Below, piece after piece: positions 37,005 to 47,726 of a stretch of DNA of 64,000 nucleotides (position 1 is the stretch's first letter; each line of letters begins with the position of its first letter). The DNA lies in contig OY760074.1 in the NCBI GenBank assembly GCA_963663035.1, positions 1,824,001 through 1,888,000 on the forward strand, given 5' to 3'. The translations under genes and the position numbers were made by a program. Below the pieces are notes generated by a model, which saw only the letters and a program-made list of their open reading frames with translations, was not told the DNA's origin and did not search any database. This DNA comes from Acidobacteriota bacterium (GTDB lineage: Bacteria > Acidobacteriota > UBA6911 > RPQK01 > JADFOI01).

Positions 37005-39064
37005 CCCTCCTGCACAATTTCTGAGATGTCAGCGATCTTCAAGAATAGCTGGGAGATATCATACAAAAGGCGTAATCGATTTCTCCGCAGCTTTTCGTCC
37101 TCGGCCATGACCAGAACCTTGTCAAAAAAAGGATCCACACTCTTTCTCAACCCGGCAATCTGCTTCAGGGCAGAGACATAATCACCCATCTTGAGATTCT
37201 CGTCAACCTTCGGTCTGAGCTCCGAATAGGCACGGAAAAGGGTACGTTCCTCTGGTTCTATCAAGCTCTCTGTGTTGACCTCTGACACTTCAATGGCCTG
37301 GTTGGCCAGAATATTCTTGGTCCTCTTGAAAGCAATAGCCAGAGCCTCAAAATCCTCTTCGCCCCGAATTCCAGACAGAGACTCGGCTCTCTGGTAGGCG
37401 TCGTAGACTCCATGAATCTCTACTGCCAGAACTGCATTCAAGACATCGTAGGAGATTCCCTTCTCCTTGAAAATAAAACGCACACGCCTCCGCAGGAACT
37501 CCATGACCGACTCGCAGACTTCCTGACTCTCCATTTCGGACGGGAAGTTTTTCTGAGTCAACTTCACCAGAGAGCGCAAGGAATGGTCCAGGCGATGGTC
37601 GAACAGGACCTTGACCAGGGCTTGAGCCTGCCGCCGCAAGGCAAAAGGATCACTCGAACCCGTGGGAACAATGCCGACGGCGAAACAGCCGACAATGGTG
37701 TCCAGCTTATCAGCGATCGAGAGTAAGGCGCCCAACTCCGTCGAGGGGGAGGCATCTTCCAGAGATACCGGCTCATAATGTTCATAGATCGCCTTCCAAA
37801 CTTCTGCAGGATAACCTTCCTCACGGGCATATAATCCGCCCATTACTCCTTGAAGCTCAGGAAATTCACGGACCATTGCACTCATGAGGTCCGTTTTACA
37901 AAGCCTGGCCGCTGTCTTCAGATTAGGATCCTCAGACAACTCACCGCACAGCATCTGAAGACGCTCTGTCTTGGCACCGTAACTCCCCAACCTTTCCTGA
38001 AAGAGGACGCTCTCTAGCGCCTCCACACGCTCCTCGAGCCGCTTTTTCCGATCCGCCTTCCAAAAGAAAACGGAGTCCTCCAGTCTGGCCTTCAAGACCT
38101 TTTCGTGCCCCTTTTGAATCGTCCCCTCGGGGTCACCGCTGGTGTTCATCACCGTCACAAAATAGGGTTGAATCTCTTCTGCTTCGTTGACCACAGAGAA
38201 ATACTTTTGATGGTGACGCATCACTGTAATCAGCACTTCCTGGGGCAGTTCCAGGAACGCCTGGCTGAAGCTCCCACAGATCAGGGTGGGGTACTCGTTG
38301 AGATGGACTACCGTTTCCAGCAAGTGGGGGTCAGGAAGAATTTGTAGACCCTCCGGAAGGACAAGTTCAATCTCCTTGCTGATCTTGTTCCTTCTCTCCT
38401 CTACATCCGCCAGGACATAGTTCTCCCGCAACCTTTCCAGGAAATCGTCGATCTCAGACAGCTGAATTTCATGCTGCCCCAAAAAGCGATGTCCCCGTGT
38501 CACATTGCCTGCCCGAATCCCCTCAAACTCCAGGGGAAGGACCTGGTCATTCAAAAGTGCAAGGCACCAGCGCAGCGGTCGAATGAAGCGGAAGCGACTT
38601 TCCCGCCAGTACATGTTCTTGGGCCAGGAAATCGAGGTGACTACCTGGGGCAGAATTTCCTGGAGGACTTCCGCCAATAACTTTCCTGGGATTTTCTTCC
38701 GATAACCCACATAGCGGCCTCGCTCGGTCTCCACCACCTCCAGGTCCGCTACAGCCAGACCCCCTTTCCGGGCAAAGCCTTCCGCAGCCCGGGTCGGCTT
38801 GTTCTCCTGGTCGTAGGCGACTGAGTGAGAGGGACCCATGACAACTTCCTCCCGCTCCGGCTGGTGATCTGGGAATCCCTCCAGCAGGAGAACCAGGCGA
38901 CGAGGGGAGGCGAATGATTTCATCGATTCAAAGTGCAGGTGGGCCTCCTCCAGCAGTCCTTCACAGCTTTGACACATCTGCTCCAGAGCTGGGGAGATCA
39001 TGTCAGCCGGGATCTCCTCCAAACCCAATTCAAACAGGAATTTGTTCTTCTTGCTTCTCGACAT
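37001..39064 (-). CDS. glyS: Glycine-tRNA ligase beta subunit
   Basis: [34 protein letters not shown]. Confidence 0.96.
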   Translation of the reverse strand: MSRSKKNKFLFELGLEEIPADMISPALEQMCQSCEGLLEEAHLHFESMKSFASPRRLVLLLEGFPDHQPEREEVVMGPSHSVAYDQENKPTRAAEGFARKGGLAVADLEVVETERGRYVGYRKKIPGKLLAEVLQEILPQVVTSISWPKNMYWRESRFRFIRPLRWCLALLNDQVLPLEFEGIRAGNVTRGHRFLGQHEIQLSEIDDFLERLRENYVLADVEERRNKISKEIELVLPEGLQILPDPHLLETVVHLNEYPTLICGSFSQAFLELPQEVLITVMRHHQKYFSVVNEAEEIQPYFVTVMNTSGDPEGTIQKGHEKVLKARLEDSVFFWKADRKKRLEERVEALESVLFQERLGSYGAKTERLQMLCGELSEDPNLKTAARLCKTDLMSAMVREFPELQGVMGGLYAREEGYPAEVWKAIYEHYEPVSLEDASPSTELGALLSIADKLDTIVGCFAVGIVPTGSSDPFALRRQAQALVKVLFDHRLDHSLRSLVKLTQKNFPSEMESQEVCESVMEFLRRRVRFIFKEKGISYDVLNAVLAVEIHGVYDAYQRAESLSGIRGEEDFEALAIAFKRTKNILANQAIEVSEVNTESLIEPEERTLFRAYSELRPKVDENLKMGDYVSALKQIAGLRKSVDPFFDKVLVMAEDEKLRRNRLRLLYDISQLFLKIADISEIVQEG

Positions 39065-39890
39065 ACTGCTTGGCTATTTTCAGCGCAAGGGAACGCACGC
39101 GCGCGATCACTCCGACTCTTTGGGTCACACTAATGGCTCCACGACTGTCTAACAGGTTAAAGGTGTGAGAGCACTTCAAGCAATAGTCATATGCGGGAAG
39201 GACACAGCCTTTTTCTAAACAGCGGAGACTCTCTTTCTCGTAAAGATCGAAGAGCTTAAAGAGCATTCCTGTGTCAGCAACCTCAAAATTGTATTTGGAG
39301 AACTCATATTCTTCCTGCCCTTTGACCTGTCCATAGGTCAGTTCCTCATTCCAGGGGAGGTCAAAGATGCTGTCCGAATCGGTGATAAAACTGGCAATCC
39401 GTTCCAGCCCATAGGTTATCTCTGCTGAGATCGGCATGAGATCGAGCCCTCCCGTCTGCTGAAAGTAGGTAAACTGGGTGATTTCCAGACCATCCAGCAG
39501 AACTTGCCAGCCAATTCCCCAGGCTCCCAGTGTAGGGGCTTCCCAGTTGTCTTCTTCGAACCGAAGATCGTGCTTGTCCAGGGGAATTCCCAGTTTCCGA
39601 AGGCTTTCCAGGTAGACGTCTTGAACATCATCAGGGGAAGGCTTCAGAATCACCTGGACCTGGTAGTGACGATAGACACGATTCGGATTCTCGCCATAAC
39701 GGCCATCCGTGGGCCGACGCGACGGCTGAACGTAGGCAACCTTGTAAGGCTGCGAACCCAGGACCCGGAAGAAAGTCTCCGGGTGCATGGTCCCTGCCCC
39801 GACTTCAACGTCGTAGGGCTGCTGAATGACACACCCGTACTTCATCCAGTACTCGATCAATCCGTGAGTAATCTCCTGAAACGTCTTCAT
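39030..39890 (-). CDS. glyQ: Glycine-tRNA ligase alpha subunit
   Basis: [31 protein letters not shown]. Confidence 0.97.
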   Translation of the reverse strand: MKTFQEITHGLIEYWMKYGCVIQQPYDVEVGAGTMHPETFFRVLGSQPYKVAYVQPSRRPTDGRYGENPNRVYRHYQVQVILKPSPDDVQDVYLESLRKLGIPLDKHDLRFEEDNWEAPTLGAWGIGWQVLLDGLEITQFTYFQQTGGLDLMPISAEITYGLERIASFITDSDSIFDLPWNEELTYGQVKGQEEYEFSKYNFEVADTGMLFKLFDLYEKESLRCLEKGCVLPAYDYCLKCSHTFNLLDSRGAISVTQRVGVIARVRSLALKIAKQYVEKQEEQIPV

Positions 39891-39905
39891 TCTCAGTAAC
39901 CCGCT

Positions 39906-40547
39906 CTACAAGAATTCCAGCAACATTTTTCTTGTCTTCAACCGCTTTTCCAGGTGGTATTCTATCAACTCACTGCACAGACTTTCTAACCTCTTATTTT
40001 CCTTTCCAGAGAGCTCGAAAGTGTGAAGCTGATTAGCGTGGAGCTTCATCATGTTTTTGACCTTGACCGCCAGCTGGAGAGGAAGTTTTTCCTCAAGTGA
40101 GGGCAAGACGCCTTCCAATTGGAGAAGCCACAGTTCAAAATAGCGGGCCAGCAGGTCGACTGGCACCTGTTGACTCGCCTCCAGAACCCTCAGGCTCAAA
40201 CGGAAAAGCAGTTCACTCTCCTCCTGTTCCTTGGAAAACTCCACCAGGAGCTCAGCAAAATAGCTGAAGTGAAGACTGACTTCCCAGGTAAGCTGGTAGG
40301 CCGAAAAGGCCCGCAGGATCTCACAGCTTTGAATTGCAGCCAATTCCTGATGCTCTTTCCGAGAAAAACTGAGCCGCACCTGAGTCAATGGTTCCAGGCT
40401 GCCGGTAAATCGGCCTTTCGCCTTCTGAGCTCCGTAAGCGACCCCTCGCACTTTTCCAAAGTCTCGCGTGAGGAAAACAGCAATCTTATGGGACTCAGAG
40501 TAAGGGTAAGTCCTGAGGGTCAGAGCTTCGGACCGGTGGGCACTCAT
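39906..40547 (-). CDS. recO: DNA repair protein RecO
   Basis: LRTYPYSESHKI, GKVRGVAYGA, YFELWLL; located upstream of glyQ. Confidence 0.9.
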   Translation of the reverse strand: MSAHRSEALTLRTYPYSESHKIAVFLTRDFGKVRGVAYGAQKAKGRFTGSLEPLTQVRLSFSRKEHQELAAIQSCEILRAFSAYQLTWEVSLHFSYFAELLVEFSKEQEESELLFRLSLRVLEASQQVPVDLLARYFELWLLQLEGVLPSLEEKLPLQLAVKVKNMMKLHANQLHTFELSGKENKRLESLCSELIEYHLEKRLKTRKMLLEFL

Positions 40548-41911
40548 GAGACCGGAAGGAGATGGAGGAAATATGTCGCTAATCCCAGGAAGGACAAAAA
40601 TCCAACTGCATCGGTAAAGGTCGTCACGAAAATACCCGAAGCGATCGCCGGGTCGATCTTCAAGTTCTTTAAAATCAGTGGGATCAGGGTTCCTACCACC
40701 CCGGCCAAGGCCACGTTAATAATCATCGCTCCCCCCAGGACCAGCCCCAGTATATAACTGCCCCTCCAGAGATAGGCCACCACACCGGCAAGGATGCCGG
40801 TCACAAGTCCATTGTTTATACCCACAAGAAGCTCCTTCAGGAGAATCGATTTCCCGCTCGCCCAGCTCACTTCTCCCAAAGCCATCCCACGCACCATGAC
40901 AGTCAAGGTTTGGGTCCCGGAATTCCCGCCCATACCGGCAACAACAGGCAAAAAGACTGCCAGAAACGAAAAGCGCGCGATGGTCGGTTCGTAGAGAGCA
41001 ACAACCGTGGCCGCAAGCAGTGCCGCAGCCAAATTCACCACCAACCAGGGAAGTCGTTTCCTCACTGAGGTCAGCGCGGGTGTATGAATGTGATCACTCG
41101 CCTCAATGCCCGCCAGATGGAAAATATCTTCCGTCGCCTCCTCTTCAATAACGTCGATGATGTCATCCACAGTAATAGTCCCGACCAGCTTGTTCTCGTA
41201 ATCCACGACCGGAATGGCTAACAAATCGTACAGAGCCACCTCACGGGCAACCTCTTCCTGGTCAGTCTCAGTGGTGACCGAGATGACATCGGTGGTCATG
41301 ATCTTCTTGAGAGGAGTGCTGGATGCAACGCTGAGAAGCTCACGCAGAGACGCCACACCGACCAGGTGATTTCGCTCATCGACAACATACAGATAAAAGA
41401 CCACCTCCAACTCCTGGGCGGTCTGAATGGTATGGATGGCTTCGCTGACGGAAAGGTCCTCACAGAGAGAAAACACATTGGGCGTCATGATTCGCCCGGC
41501 TGTTTCTTCTTCATAGAGGAGAAGATGTTGAACTTCAGTGGACTCCTCCACCCCCATTTGCTCCAGAATCTCCTGGGCAAACTCCTCGGGAAGGGCGGAA
41601 ATAAACACGGTGGCAGAGTCCGTTTCCAACCTCTGGAGCACCTTACCGATCTCCTCCCGGGGAATCTGTTTCAGGAGATCCAGACCTGGATCCACTCCCA
41701 AAATCTTCAGCGTCTCAGCTGCCAGTTGCCGATCACGTTGAACCAGGAGCGAGAAGACGGAGTTCTGCTCCCGCTCGCTTAATTCCAGCATGATGCTGGA
41801 GATATCACCCGGTCGCAGCTTGCTCAGGAGATTGGTCAGGTGACGGTCCGCACTTCTCCTGAGCAGTTTGCGAACCGACTTTCCCATGACATCCACTTTC
41901 TGAGCACGCAT
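40544..41911 (-). CDS. mgtE: Magnesium transporter MgtE
   Basis: CBS pair, TAGRIMT, RLPWL, GGNSGTQ, DPAIASG, TTFTD. Confidence 0.95.
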   Translation of the reverse strand: MRAQKVDVMGKSVRKLLRRSADRHLTNLLSKLRPGDISSIMLELSEREQNSVFSLLVQRDRQLAAETLKILGVDPGLDLLKQIPREEIGKVLQRLETDSATVFISALPEEFAQEILEQMGVEESTEVQHLLLYEEETAGRIMTPNVFSLCEDLSVSEAIHTIQTAQELEVVFYLYVVDERNHLVGVASLRELLSVASSTPLKKIMTTDVISVTTETDQEEVAREVALYDLLAIPVVDYENKLVGTITVDDIIDVIEEEATEDIFHLAGIEASDHIHTPALTSVRKRLPWLVVNLAAALLAATVVALYEPTIARFSFLAVFLPVVAGMGGNSGTQTLTVMVRGMALGEVSWASGKSILLKELLVGINNGLVTGILAGVVAYLWRGSYILGLVLGGAMIINVALAGVVGTLIPLILKNLKIDPAIASGIFVTTFTDAVGFLSFLGLATYFLHLLPVS

Positions 41912-41963
41912 GGATACTCCTCAGGAAAAGCACCACTGTAGAAAATGGGCCTCCCGGCAGGCT

Positions 41964-42158
41964 AGCCGGGAAAATGCATAGATTTTCTACTGCAGTGCCG
42001 CAATCAACCACGCTGACTGCGTTATACTTCCTTGGGCTCCTCGGCGTACCGTATGAGTACGCCTGCGGAACCCGACCCGCAAGCGGGTACCCCTCGCCTG
42101 CCTTGTCATCGCGGCGCCTGCTGCACTTCGTCACGAAAACCTATGCATTATCCCGGCT
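41964..42158. repeat. Dispersed hairpin/MITE-like element, copy 3 (195 bp)
   Basis: Arms AGCCGGGAAAATGCATAG / CTATGCATTATCCCGGCT; extra GGCGTAC...GTACGCC module; right end overlaps the pssA stop. Confidence 0.85.
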
Positions 42159-42973
42159 TAATCGAGATTGAGTTCTTCGGCGGCAAGTTCTTCGGATCGT
42201 AGACGATACTTCACGAACTGGTGGGCCCGGGAGAACAATCCGCTGCAAAGATAAGCAAGCGCAAGGATCATCAGGACCTGCTGCGAGTACCAGACCACCC
42301 CGGCCAGGAGCAGTGCAAAAAGCAGCACATTCAGGTGAGATTTTCCACGCCCCAGGTTCAGTTGAGTCAAGGAAGGATAACGAATTGTGCTGATCATTAG
42401 AAAGGAAATGAAATAAGTGATCCCCACCAGATAGTACGAAAACAACGGCGATGGGAGCGGCTCTCCAAAGAGATGGACTGTGGCAGCCACAAAACCAGCG
42501 CCGCCAGGAATGGGAAGTCCGGCAAAGTGCCTCAGATCCTTCATTTGGAGATTGAAACGTGCCAGACGCATGGCCCCACAGATAAGAAAAACAAAGGCAG
42601 AGAAACGTGCAAAATTGCCAAAGTCGGCTAAACCCCAGGAATAGATGAGAACGGCTGGAGCTATTCCAAAACTGATGACATCCGCCAGAGAATCCAGCTG
42701 CGACCCGAAATCGCTGGTCACATTGGCCATCCGTGCCACTCGTCCGTCCAAAAAGTCCAGGACCACTGCAATGCCAATGGCAACGGCCGCACTTTGATAT
42801 TCACCGCTTAAGGTTGAGGTGACGGCATAGAATCCTGCGAAGATGTTCCCTACCGTGAAAGCTGTCGGTAAGAGATACACACTCCGGCGAAGTTTTCGGG
42901 GCCGGTTAAGCACCCGCTTGGATTCTGTTCTCAACGGCTTCCTTTCCGTACCTGTCACGAATTCTCTTTCCAA
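42158..42973 (-). CDS. pssA: CDP-diacylglycerol--serine O-phosphatidyltransferase
   Basis: DFLDGRVAR...GSQLDSLADVISFG, RLARFN, FAGLPIP. Confidence 0.93.
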   Translation of the reverse strand: MEREFVTGTERKPLRTESKRVLNRPRKLRRSVYLLPTAFTVGNIFAGFYAVTSTLSGEYQSAAVAIGIAVVLDFLDGRVARMANVTSDFGSQLDSLADVISFGIAPAVLIYSWGLADFGNFARFSAFVFLICGAMRLARFNLQMKDLRHFAGLPIPGGAGFVAATVHLFGEPLPSPLFSYYLVGITYFISFLMISTIRYPSLTQLNLGRGKSHLNVLLFALLLAGVVWYSQQVLMILALAYLCSGLFSRAHQFVKYRLRSEELAAEELNLD

Positions 42974-43560
42974 TAGGCAATAATGGTGGATCCGCCGTAG
43001 ACTCGATCGCCCTTGTGGACAACGACCTCACATTCGGGGGGTAGAGCAATATCGACGCGACTCCCGAACCGGATCAACCCTATCTTATCACCTTTTTGGA
43101 CATGAGCTCCTTCCTGGCTCCAAACTCTGATCCGCCGAGCCAGCATTCCCGCGATCAAGGAAAAAGTCAGCTTCTGCTTGCCAGCAATGGTGATCGTCAT
43201 GTGCTCATTCTCCACCGAAGCGCGGTCGTCGTAGGCCAGCAGGAACTTCCCAGGCCGATAATCCTTCTTGATAATCGTCCCCTCCAGGGGCGCCCGGTTG
43301 ATGTGCACGTCCAGGAGGGAAAGAAAAATACTCAAGATCGTATCTTCACCCTTCTGAAGCAGGCGAACGACTTTCCCGTCGGCTGGACTCACGATGGCCC
43401 TGGGGTCCTCAGGAATGGACCTCTCCGGGTCTCGAAAGAAATAAACAACAAACAGGCAGAGGACAAAAAGCGCAAGAGCCACCCAGAGGAACCCGGCCCA
43501 GAAACAAAGGAATACCAGGGCAGCGAGAGGCGTCAAAAAATAGTAAGCGTCCTTAGCCAT
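42955..43560 (-). CDS. psd: Phosphatidylserine decarboxylase proenzyme
   Basis: FFRDPER, SPADGKV, DVHINRAP, IRFGSRVD. Confidence 0.93.
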   Translation of the reverse strand: MAKDAYYFLTPLAALVFLCFWAGFLWVALALFVLCLFVVYFFRDPERSIPEDPRAIVSPADGKVVRLLQKGEDTILSIFLSLLDVHINRAPLEGTIIKKDYRPGKFLLAYDDRASVENEHMTITIAGKQKLTFSLIAGMLARRIRVWSQEGAHVQKGDKIGLIRFGSRVDIALPPECEVVVHKGDRVYGGSTIIAYWKENS

Positions 43561-43572
43561 TGTTGGAGGCAG

Positions 43573-43618
43573 AAAAAAAGCCCGCTGCACGACTGGCTCC
43601 AAGCCTTGCAAGCGGGCT
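43573..43618 (-). terminator. Intrinsic terminator just upstream of psd
   Basis: Minus strand AGCCCGCTTGCA...TGCAGCGGGCT followed by a T run. Confidence 0.65.
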
Positions 43619-43645
43619 ACAAATGAACTTCACTCAATGTGGACT

Positions 43646-43858
43646 AGTCCGCATTATGCATAGGTTTTCGTAGCGAAGTGGCGCAAGCGCCACGCTGACA
43701 AGGAGCCCAAGGGGTACCCGCTTGCGGGTCGCACAACGCAGGCGTACTCTTGCAGTACGCCGAGGAGCCCAAGGGGTACCCGCTTGTGCGGGTCGCACAA
43801 CGCCGTCAGCGTGGATGATTGCGACACTGTAGCAGAAAATTTATGCATGATGCGGACT
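43646..43858. repeat. Dispersed hairpin/MITE-like element, copy 4 (213 bp, core duplicated)
   Basis: Arms AGTCCGCATTATGCATA / TATGCATGATGCGGACT; two GGAGCCCAAGGGGTACCCGCTTG cores; right end overlaps the stop of 43857..44087. Confidence 0.85.
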
Positions 43859-44087
43859 ACTCCTGGGCCTGGCCAGTTCGATAACGCTGAATCCGTACCT
43901 GCATCTGATCCTTCACTGCCAGCTTCTTCTTCTTGATGATGGTTTCCTCGAATCTGTCCGTCTCGTTGAGAAAAGATCTGCTCTGTAATTCCTGAAGTTG
44001 ATCTTCATAGCTCCGGTGTCGCTGCACCAGTTGACGGAATTCCTGGTCGTTGTTGAGCAGATAATCTTTGGTCTCCACCTCACTCAT
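43857..44087 (-). CDS. YdcH/DUF465-family small coiled-coil protein
   Basis: EFRQLVQRH...KKKKLAVKDQM; GAGG RBS. Confidence 0.8.
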   Translation of the reverse strand: MSEVETKDYLLNNDQEFRQLVQRHRSYEDQLQELQSRSFLNETDRFEETIIKKKKLAVKDQMQVRIQRYRTGQAQE

Positions 44088-44164
44088 ATTCAGTGGCCTC
44101 CTCTGAAAAATGGTTTGTTTGACTAACAGGTTTCGGTAGGTTGCAGTGCATCCTTATGCTCGTA

Positions 44165-44193
44165 ATTCTAATATAGCAACTCCCCGCAAGCAA
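44165..44193 (-). promoter_or_regulatory. Probable sigma70 promoter for the DUF465 gene
   Basis: Minus strand TTGCTT-17-TAGAAT. Confidence 0.5.
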
Positions 44194-44200
44194 GCCAAGA

Positions 44201-45259
44201 TCATCGCTCCACCGAAAAGCGACTGCGGCGGCGATGCCTTTCCATCCCCAGGTCGATCAGTTTATCCAGGAGTTCAGGATAGGGAAGCCCAGACGCCTCC
44301 CATAGTCTTGGGTACATGCTGATGTCGGTAAACCCCGGAATGGTATTGGCCTCGCTGACCCAGAACTGGCCGGTCTTCTTGTCCATGAGGAGGTCTACGC
44401 GAGCCATACCCTCCAACTGCAGGGCTTTAAAGGTTGCCAGGGCAAGCTCCCTCACTCCCTGCCCTTGCTCCTCAGAAAGAGGGGCTGGAATCAGAAGCTG
44501 ACTGTCCTGGTCGTGATATTTCGCCTCGTAGCTGTAAAACTCCCTCGAAGGAATGATCTCGCCTGCCATGGAGACTTCAGGCTGGCTGTTGCCGAGCACC
44601 GCAGTTTCAATCTCCCGAGCCTCGATTCCTTCCTCAATCACAATAAAGTCGTCGTAGCGGAAGGCAACTTCAATATGCTCGCTCAACTCATCCCTATCCT
44701 TGCTCTTATTGATTCCAACGGAAGACCCGAGATTGGCTGGTTTGACGAAGACGGGATAATGCAGCTGTTGCTCCAGGAGCTCCAGGAAATCCTCCGCTCC
44801 TTCCTGCCATTCAGCCTGGCCAAGAGAGAGAAAGGGCAGGACCGGCAAACCCGAATCCATCAAGATCTCGTTACTATGGATCTTGTTCATACCTACTGCT
44901 GACCCCCCCACACCGGCGCCAACGTAGGGGATATCGAGAACTTCCAGCGTCCCCTGAACGGTCCCATCCTCCCCAAAGGGACCGTGCAGCGCAGGGAAAA
45001 CGACGTCCGGCGCAGGATCCAGATCCAGCAACAAACAGACCCAGTGCTTGCCGGAGGGAAAATGATACTGCGGACTCGAGTCCAACCCGAGCTTGTCCCG
45101 GGTAGCTTCCGGGGAGTAAAGCGAACCATCCTTTTGAATTCCCATCACTGAAAGCCGGTACTTTTCCTGGTTCAGGCGACTCAGGATCGATCTGGCCGAC
45201 AAGAAAGACACCTCATGTTCGGCCGATCGTCCCCCGCACAGAACGACTACATGTTTCAA
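44201..45259 (-). CDS. ddl: D-alanine--D-alanine ligase
   Basis: GGRSAEHEVS, LHGPFGEDG, GSSVG, FYSYEAKY, EANTIPGFT. Confidence 0.96.
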   Translation of the reverse strand: MKHVVVLCGGRSAEHEVSFLSARSILSRLNQEKYRLSVMGIQKDGSLYSPEATRDKLGLDSSPQYHFPSGKHWVCLLLDLDPAPDVVFPALHGPFGEDGTVQGTLEVLDIPYVGAGVGGSAVGMNKIHSNEILMDSGLPVLPFLSLGQAEWQEGAEDFLELLEQQLHYPVFVKPANLGSSVGINKSKDRDELSEHIEVAFRYDDFIVIEEGIEAREIETAVLGNSQPEVSMAGEIIPSREFYSYEAKYHDQDSQLLIPAPLSEEQGQGVRELALATFKALQLEGMARVDLLMDKKTGQFWVSEANTIPGFTDISMYPRLWEASGLPYPELLDKLIDLGMERHRRRSRFSVER

Positions 45260-46230
45260 AGAATCCTCTTCCCCAAACCCGAGCAGATCAGCTCGACTCC
45301 CAGTAAACCTGTCATATTTCCCTTGTCCAGGACGGGATTGACTTCCACACAGTCCAGCGCCAGCAATTGGGCACTGTCGGCAATAATCTCCATAGCCAGA
45401 TGACTCTCCCGGTAGGTCATCCCACCGCGAACGGGAGTCCCGACACCAGGGGCCTCCTGGGGATCGACAACGTCTAAGTCCAAGCTACAATGAAACCCGG
45501 CGGTGCCGTCCGTGGCCCTTTCCACAGCCTCTTCCATAACGGCTCTCATGCCTCGCATGTCCAGCTCCTTCATGGTGATCACCCTTAAGCCAGCTTTCTG
45601 AATTTTGGGCTTTTCCCGAGCATCAATGCTGCGAGCCCCAATGACCACCCCATTCACACCATTCACCTTGGGCGAAAATCCCTCAATTTCACTCAGTTCT
45701 GTGGGCTTCAGCCCTAAAACAGCGGCCAGGGGCATTCCATGGACATTCCCCGAGATACTGCTCTCGGGAGTATTCATATCGGTATGAGCGTCGATCCAGA
45801 TTAACCCGATCTTCTTATTCTGTTTCCGAAAAAAGGAAGAAGTTCCGGCAATGCTTCCGGCGGCTACGGAGTGATCTCCTCCCAAGATGAGGGGGAATTT
45901 GTTCTCTTCCAACGTCTCACCAACACGACCAGCTACAAGCTTGCAAACCTGGGCAATCTCCTGGAGGAAAACCTCTCTTTGCTCGCCACGAACAGCCTTT
46001 TCCGGGATCTTGACCTCGAGATCCCCTCCCTCTTCTACTTGGAAGTTCACTCCTTCAAGCTTCCGGTGTAAACCTCCGATTCGAATGGCGGAGGGTCCCA
46101 TGTCCACTCCCCGACGACCGGCTCCCAGGTCCATGGGAACACCGATGATTCGGACAGTTCTTCCGTCACCCGGTTTGGGGGTGCCCGAAGGGCTCTCGGT
46201 GCCACGCTGAGGTAGAGTTCTTTTTTTCAA
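45256..46230 (-). CDS. rocF: Arginase
   Basis: GGDHS, DAHTDMN, SGNVHGMP, SLDLDVVDP, PGVGTP, EVNP. Confidence 0.93.
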   Translation of the reverse strand: MKKRTLPQRGTESPSGTPKPGDGRTVRIIGVPMDLGAGRRGVDMGPSAIRIGGLHRKLEGVNFQVEEGGDLEVKIPEKAVRGEQREVFLQEIAQVCKLVAGRVGETLEENKFPLILGGDHSVAAGSIAGTSSFFRKQNKKIGLIWIDAHTDMNTPESSISGNVHGMPLAAVLGLKPTELSEIEGFSPKVNGVNGVVIGARSIDAREKPKIQKAGLRVITMKELDMRGMRAVMEEAVERATDGTAGFHCSLDLDVVDPQEAPGVGTPVRGGMTYRESHLAMEIIADSAQLLALDCVEVNPVLDKGNMTGLLGVELICSGLGKRIL

Positions 46231-46275
46231 ACGGGCTGGTTGGACAGCTTGCTATGGTGATCAGGAGAAAGGCAT

Positions 46276-46542
46276 CTAGGAAGCAAAGCCGTTCAGGTGC
46301 TTCGTCAGTCTGGACTTATACCGTGCGGCAGTATTGGAGTGAATGATGCCTTTTTGGGCGGACCGATCAATCACCGCATGCACTTCCCTCAACATGCCCC
46401 GAGCATCATCTATTTTCTTCTCGCTCAAGAGCTGTCGGAACCTTTTAATCTCTGTTCGCATCTGACTGCGCCTGCGGCGATTCACTTCTCTTCTCACCAC
46501 ATTTTGCCGCATTCGCTTTGCAGCCGACTTTACATTAGGCAT
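46276..46542 (-). CDS. rpsT: 30S ribosomal protein S20
   Basis: MPNVKSAAKRMRQ, KGIIHSNTAARYKSRL. Confidence 0.97.
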   Translation of the reverse strand: MPNVKSAAKRMRQNVVRREVNRRRRSQMRTEIKRFRQLLSEKKIDDARGMLREVHAVIDRSAQKGIIHSNTAARYKSRLTKHLNGFAS

Positions 46543-46563
46543 ATGCTGTTCTCAGTGGGCTTA

Positions 46564-47511
46564 TTATAAGGACTTGCTGCGACAAGTGTCAACGATCATC
46601 CGTTCCAGATGAAGCTTGGGATCGGTGCTCGTCGTCTTGCACAAGCGGTCAGTCTCACGGAGGCCAATCAGTATCTCCACCAGAATCTCATACGAATAGG
46701 CTCGGATTTCCCGCTCCTTGTCCTTGTAACTCCAGATTTTCAATTCAGGCAGGATGGAGCGAAAAGGTCGCCCGCCTTTTAACATCTCCTGGGCAACCAG
46801 GACTCGACGGAAATTCCAGTAGAGCATCGAGATGATCTGTGGAGCGGTCATCCCCGAGCCGCAAAGTCGATCCAGAATGCGCAGCGCTCCTTTCGAGTCA
46901 CGGCCGGCAATGGCATTGATCAGAGAGAAGACATCGTACTCTCGCGCTTGACGAGTCATCCGAAGCACCGAGTCGAGGGTGATCTTTCGACTCTCAAGAT
47001 CCCAGAGAAACTGTTTTTCAAGCTCGGACTCCAGCTGCTGATAATTCTCTCCTATGAGCTCCAGCAAAGCCTCTGCCGCACGAGGATCCATGTCATACCC
47101 CTCTCTCTTGGCCCTGCTCTTGACCCAGCCCAGGGGGTCCGTTTTTTCCGGCAGCTCTATGAGGGGAAGACTTGACCATGTCCGCGACCGCCTCCTGACC
47201 TCCATAACCAGGCTGGTACGAGAAGAAGGACTCTTCAAATACTCACTTAACTTCGCAGCTGCCAGATCCGCATTTCTCACGTAGATCCAGCGACGAGGTC
47301 CCATCCAGGGTAAGGTTCTTGCAGTGTTCAGCAGTTCCGCGACGGAATCCTTGTCAAGATCATAGACTCTCCAGTTGAAGGTTCGGAACTGTTCTTCGAC
47401 CTGACTGCGGCACAACTCGTACACTCTCTTCTTGAGGTAATCCTGGTCGGTGATCAGAAGATACACAGGCTCGGGAGATTGGATTGTCTTTTGGAACTTG
47501 GAAAAGTCCAT
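46564..47511 (-). CDS. holA: DNA polymerase III delta subunit
   Basis: PVYLL, TLPW, ESELEK; canonical leuS-lptE-holA-rpsT order. Confidence 0.88.
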   Translation of the reverse strand: MDFSKFQKTIQSPEPVYLLITDQDYLKKRVYELCRSQVEEQFRTFNWRVYDLDKDSVAELLNTARTLPWMGPRRWIYVRNADLAAAKLSEYLKSPSSRTSLVMEVRRRSRTWSSLPLIELPEKTDPLGWVKSRAKREGYDMDPRAAEALLELIGENYQQLESELEKQFLWDLESRKITLDSVLRMTRQAREYDVFSLINAIAGRDSKGALRILDRLCGSGMTAPQIISMLYWNFRRVLVAQEMLKGGRPFRSILPELKIWSYKDKEREIRAYSYEILVEILIGLRETDRLCKTTSTDPKLHLERMIVDTCRSKSL

Positions 47512-47531
47512 GACTGGCTTTAGCCCGGCTT

Positions 47532-47726
47532 AGCCCGCCTTTCTCACACCAGGTCTACTGCATCGGCGCAATGATCCGACCTGCCTGCGTTGCTCTCGGT
47601 CGGCCTCCTCAACGTACTCAAGAGTACGTTTGCGGGGGGTCGACCCGCAAGCGGGTACCCCTCGCGCGCCTTGCCAGGCCGGCCCTTTCGCCGCTTCGCG
47701 ACGACCCGGCGTGAGAAAGGCGGGCT
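47532..47726. repeat. Dispersed hairpin/MITE-like element, copy 5 (195 bp, variant arms)
   Basis: Arms AGCCCGCCTTTCTCAC / GTGAGAAAGGCGGGCT; core CGACCCGCAAGCGGGTACCCC; AACGTACTC-AA-GAGTACGTT module; overlaps the lptE stop. Confidence 0.85.

Noticed and set aside
41974-42171. Small similar ORFs (MHRFSTAVPQ..., MHKFSATVSQ..., MHKFSTAATK...) suggesting a peptide family
   Set aside because: They are translations of the hairpin element; the ATG comes from the ATGCAT in the arm and the frame is not conserved between copies
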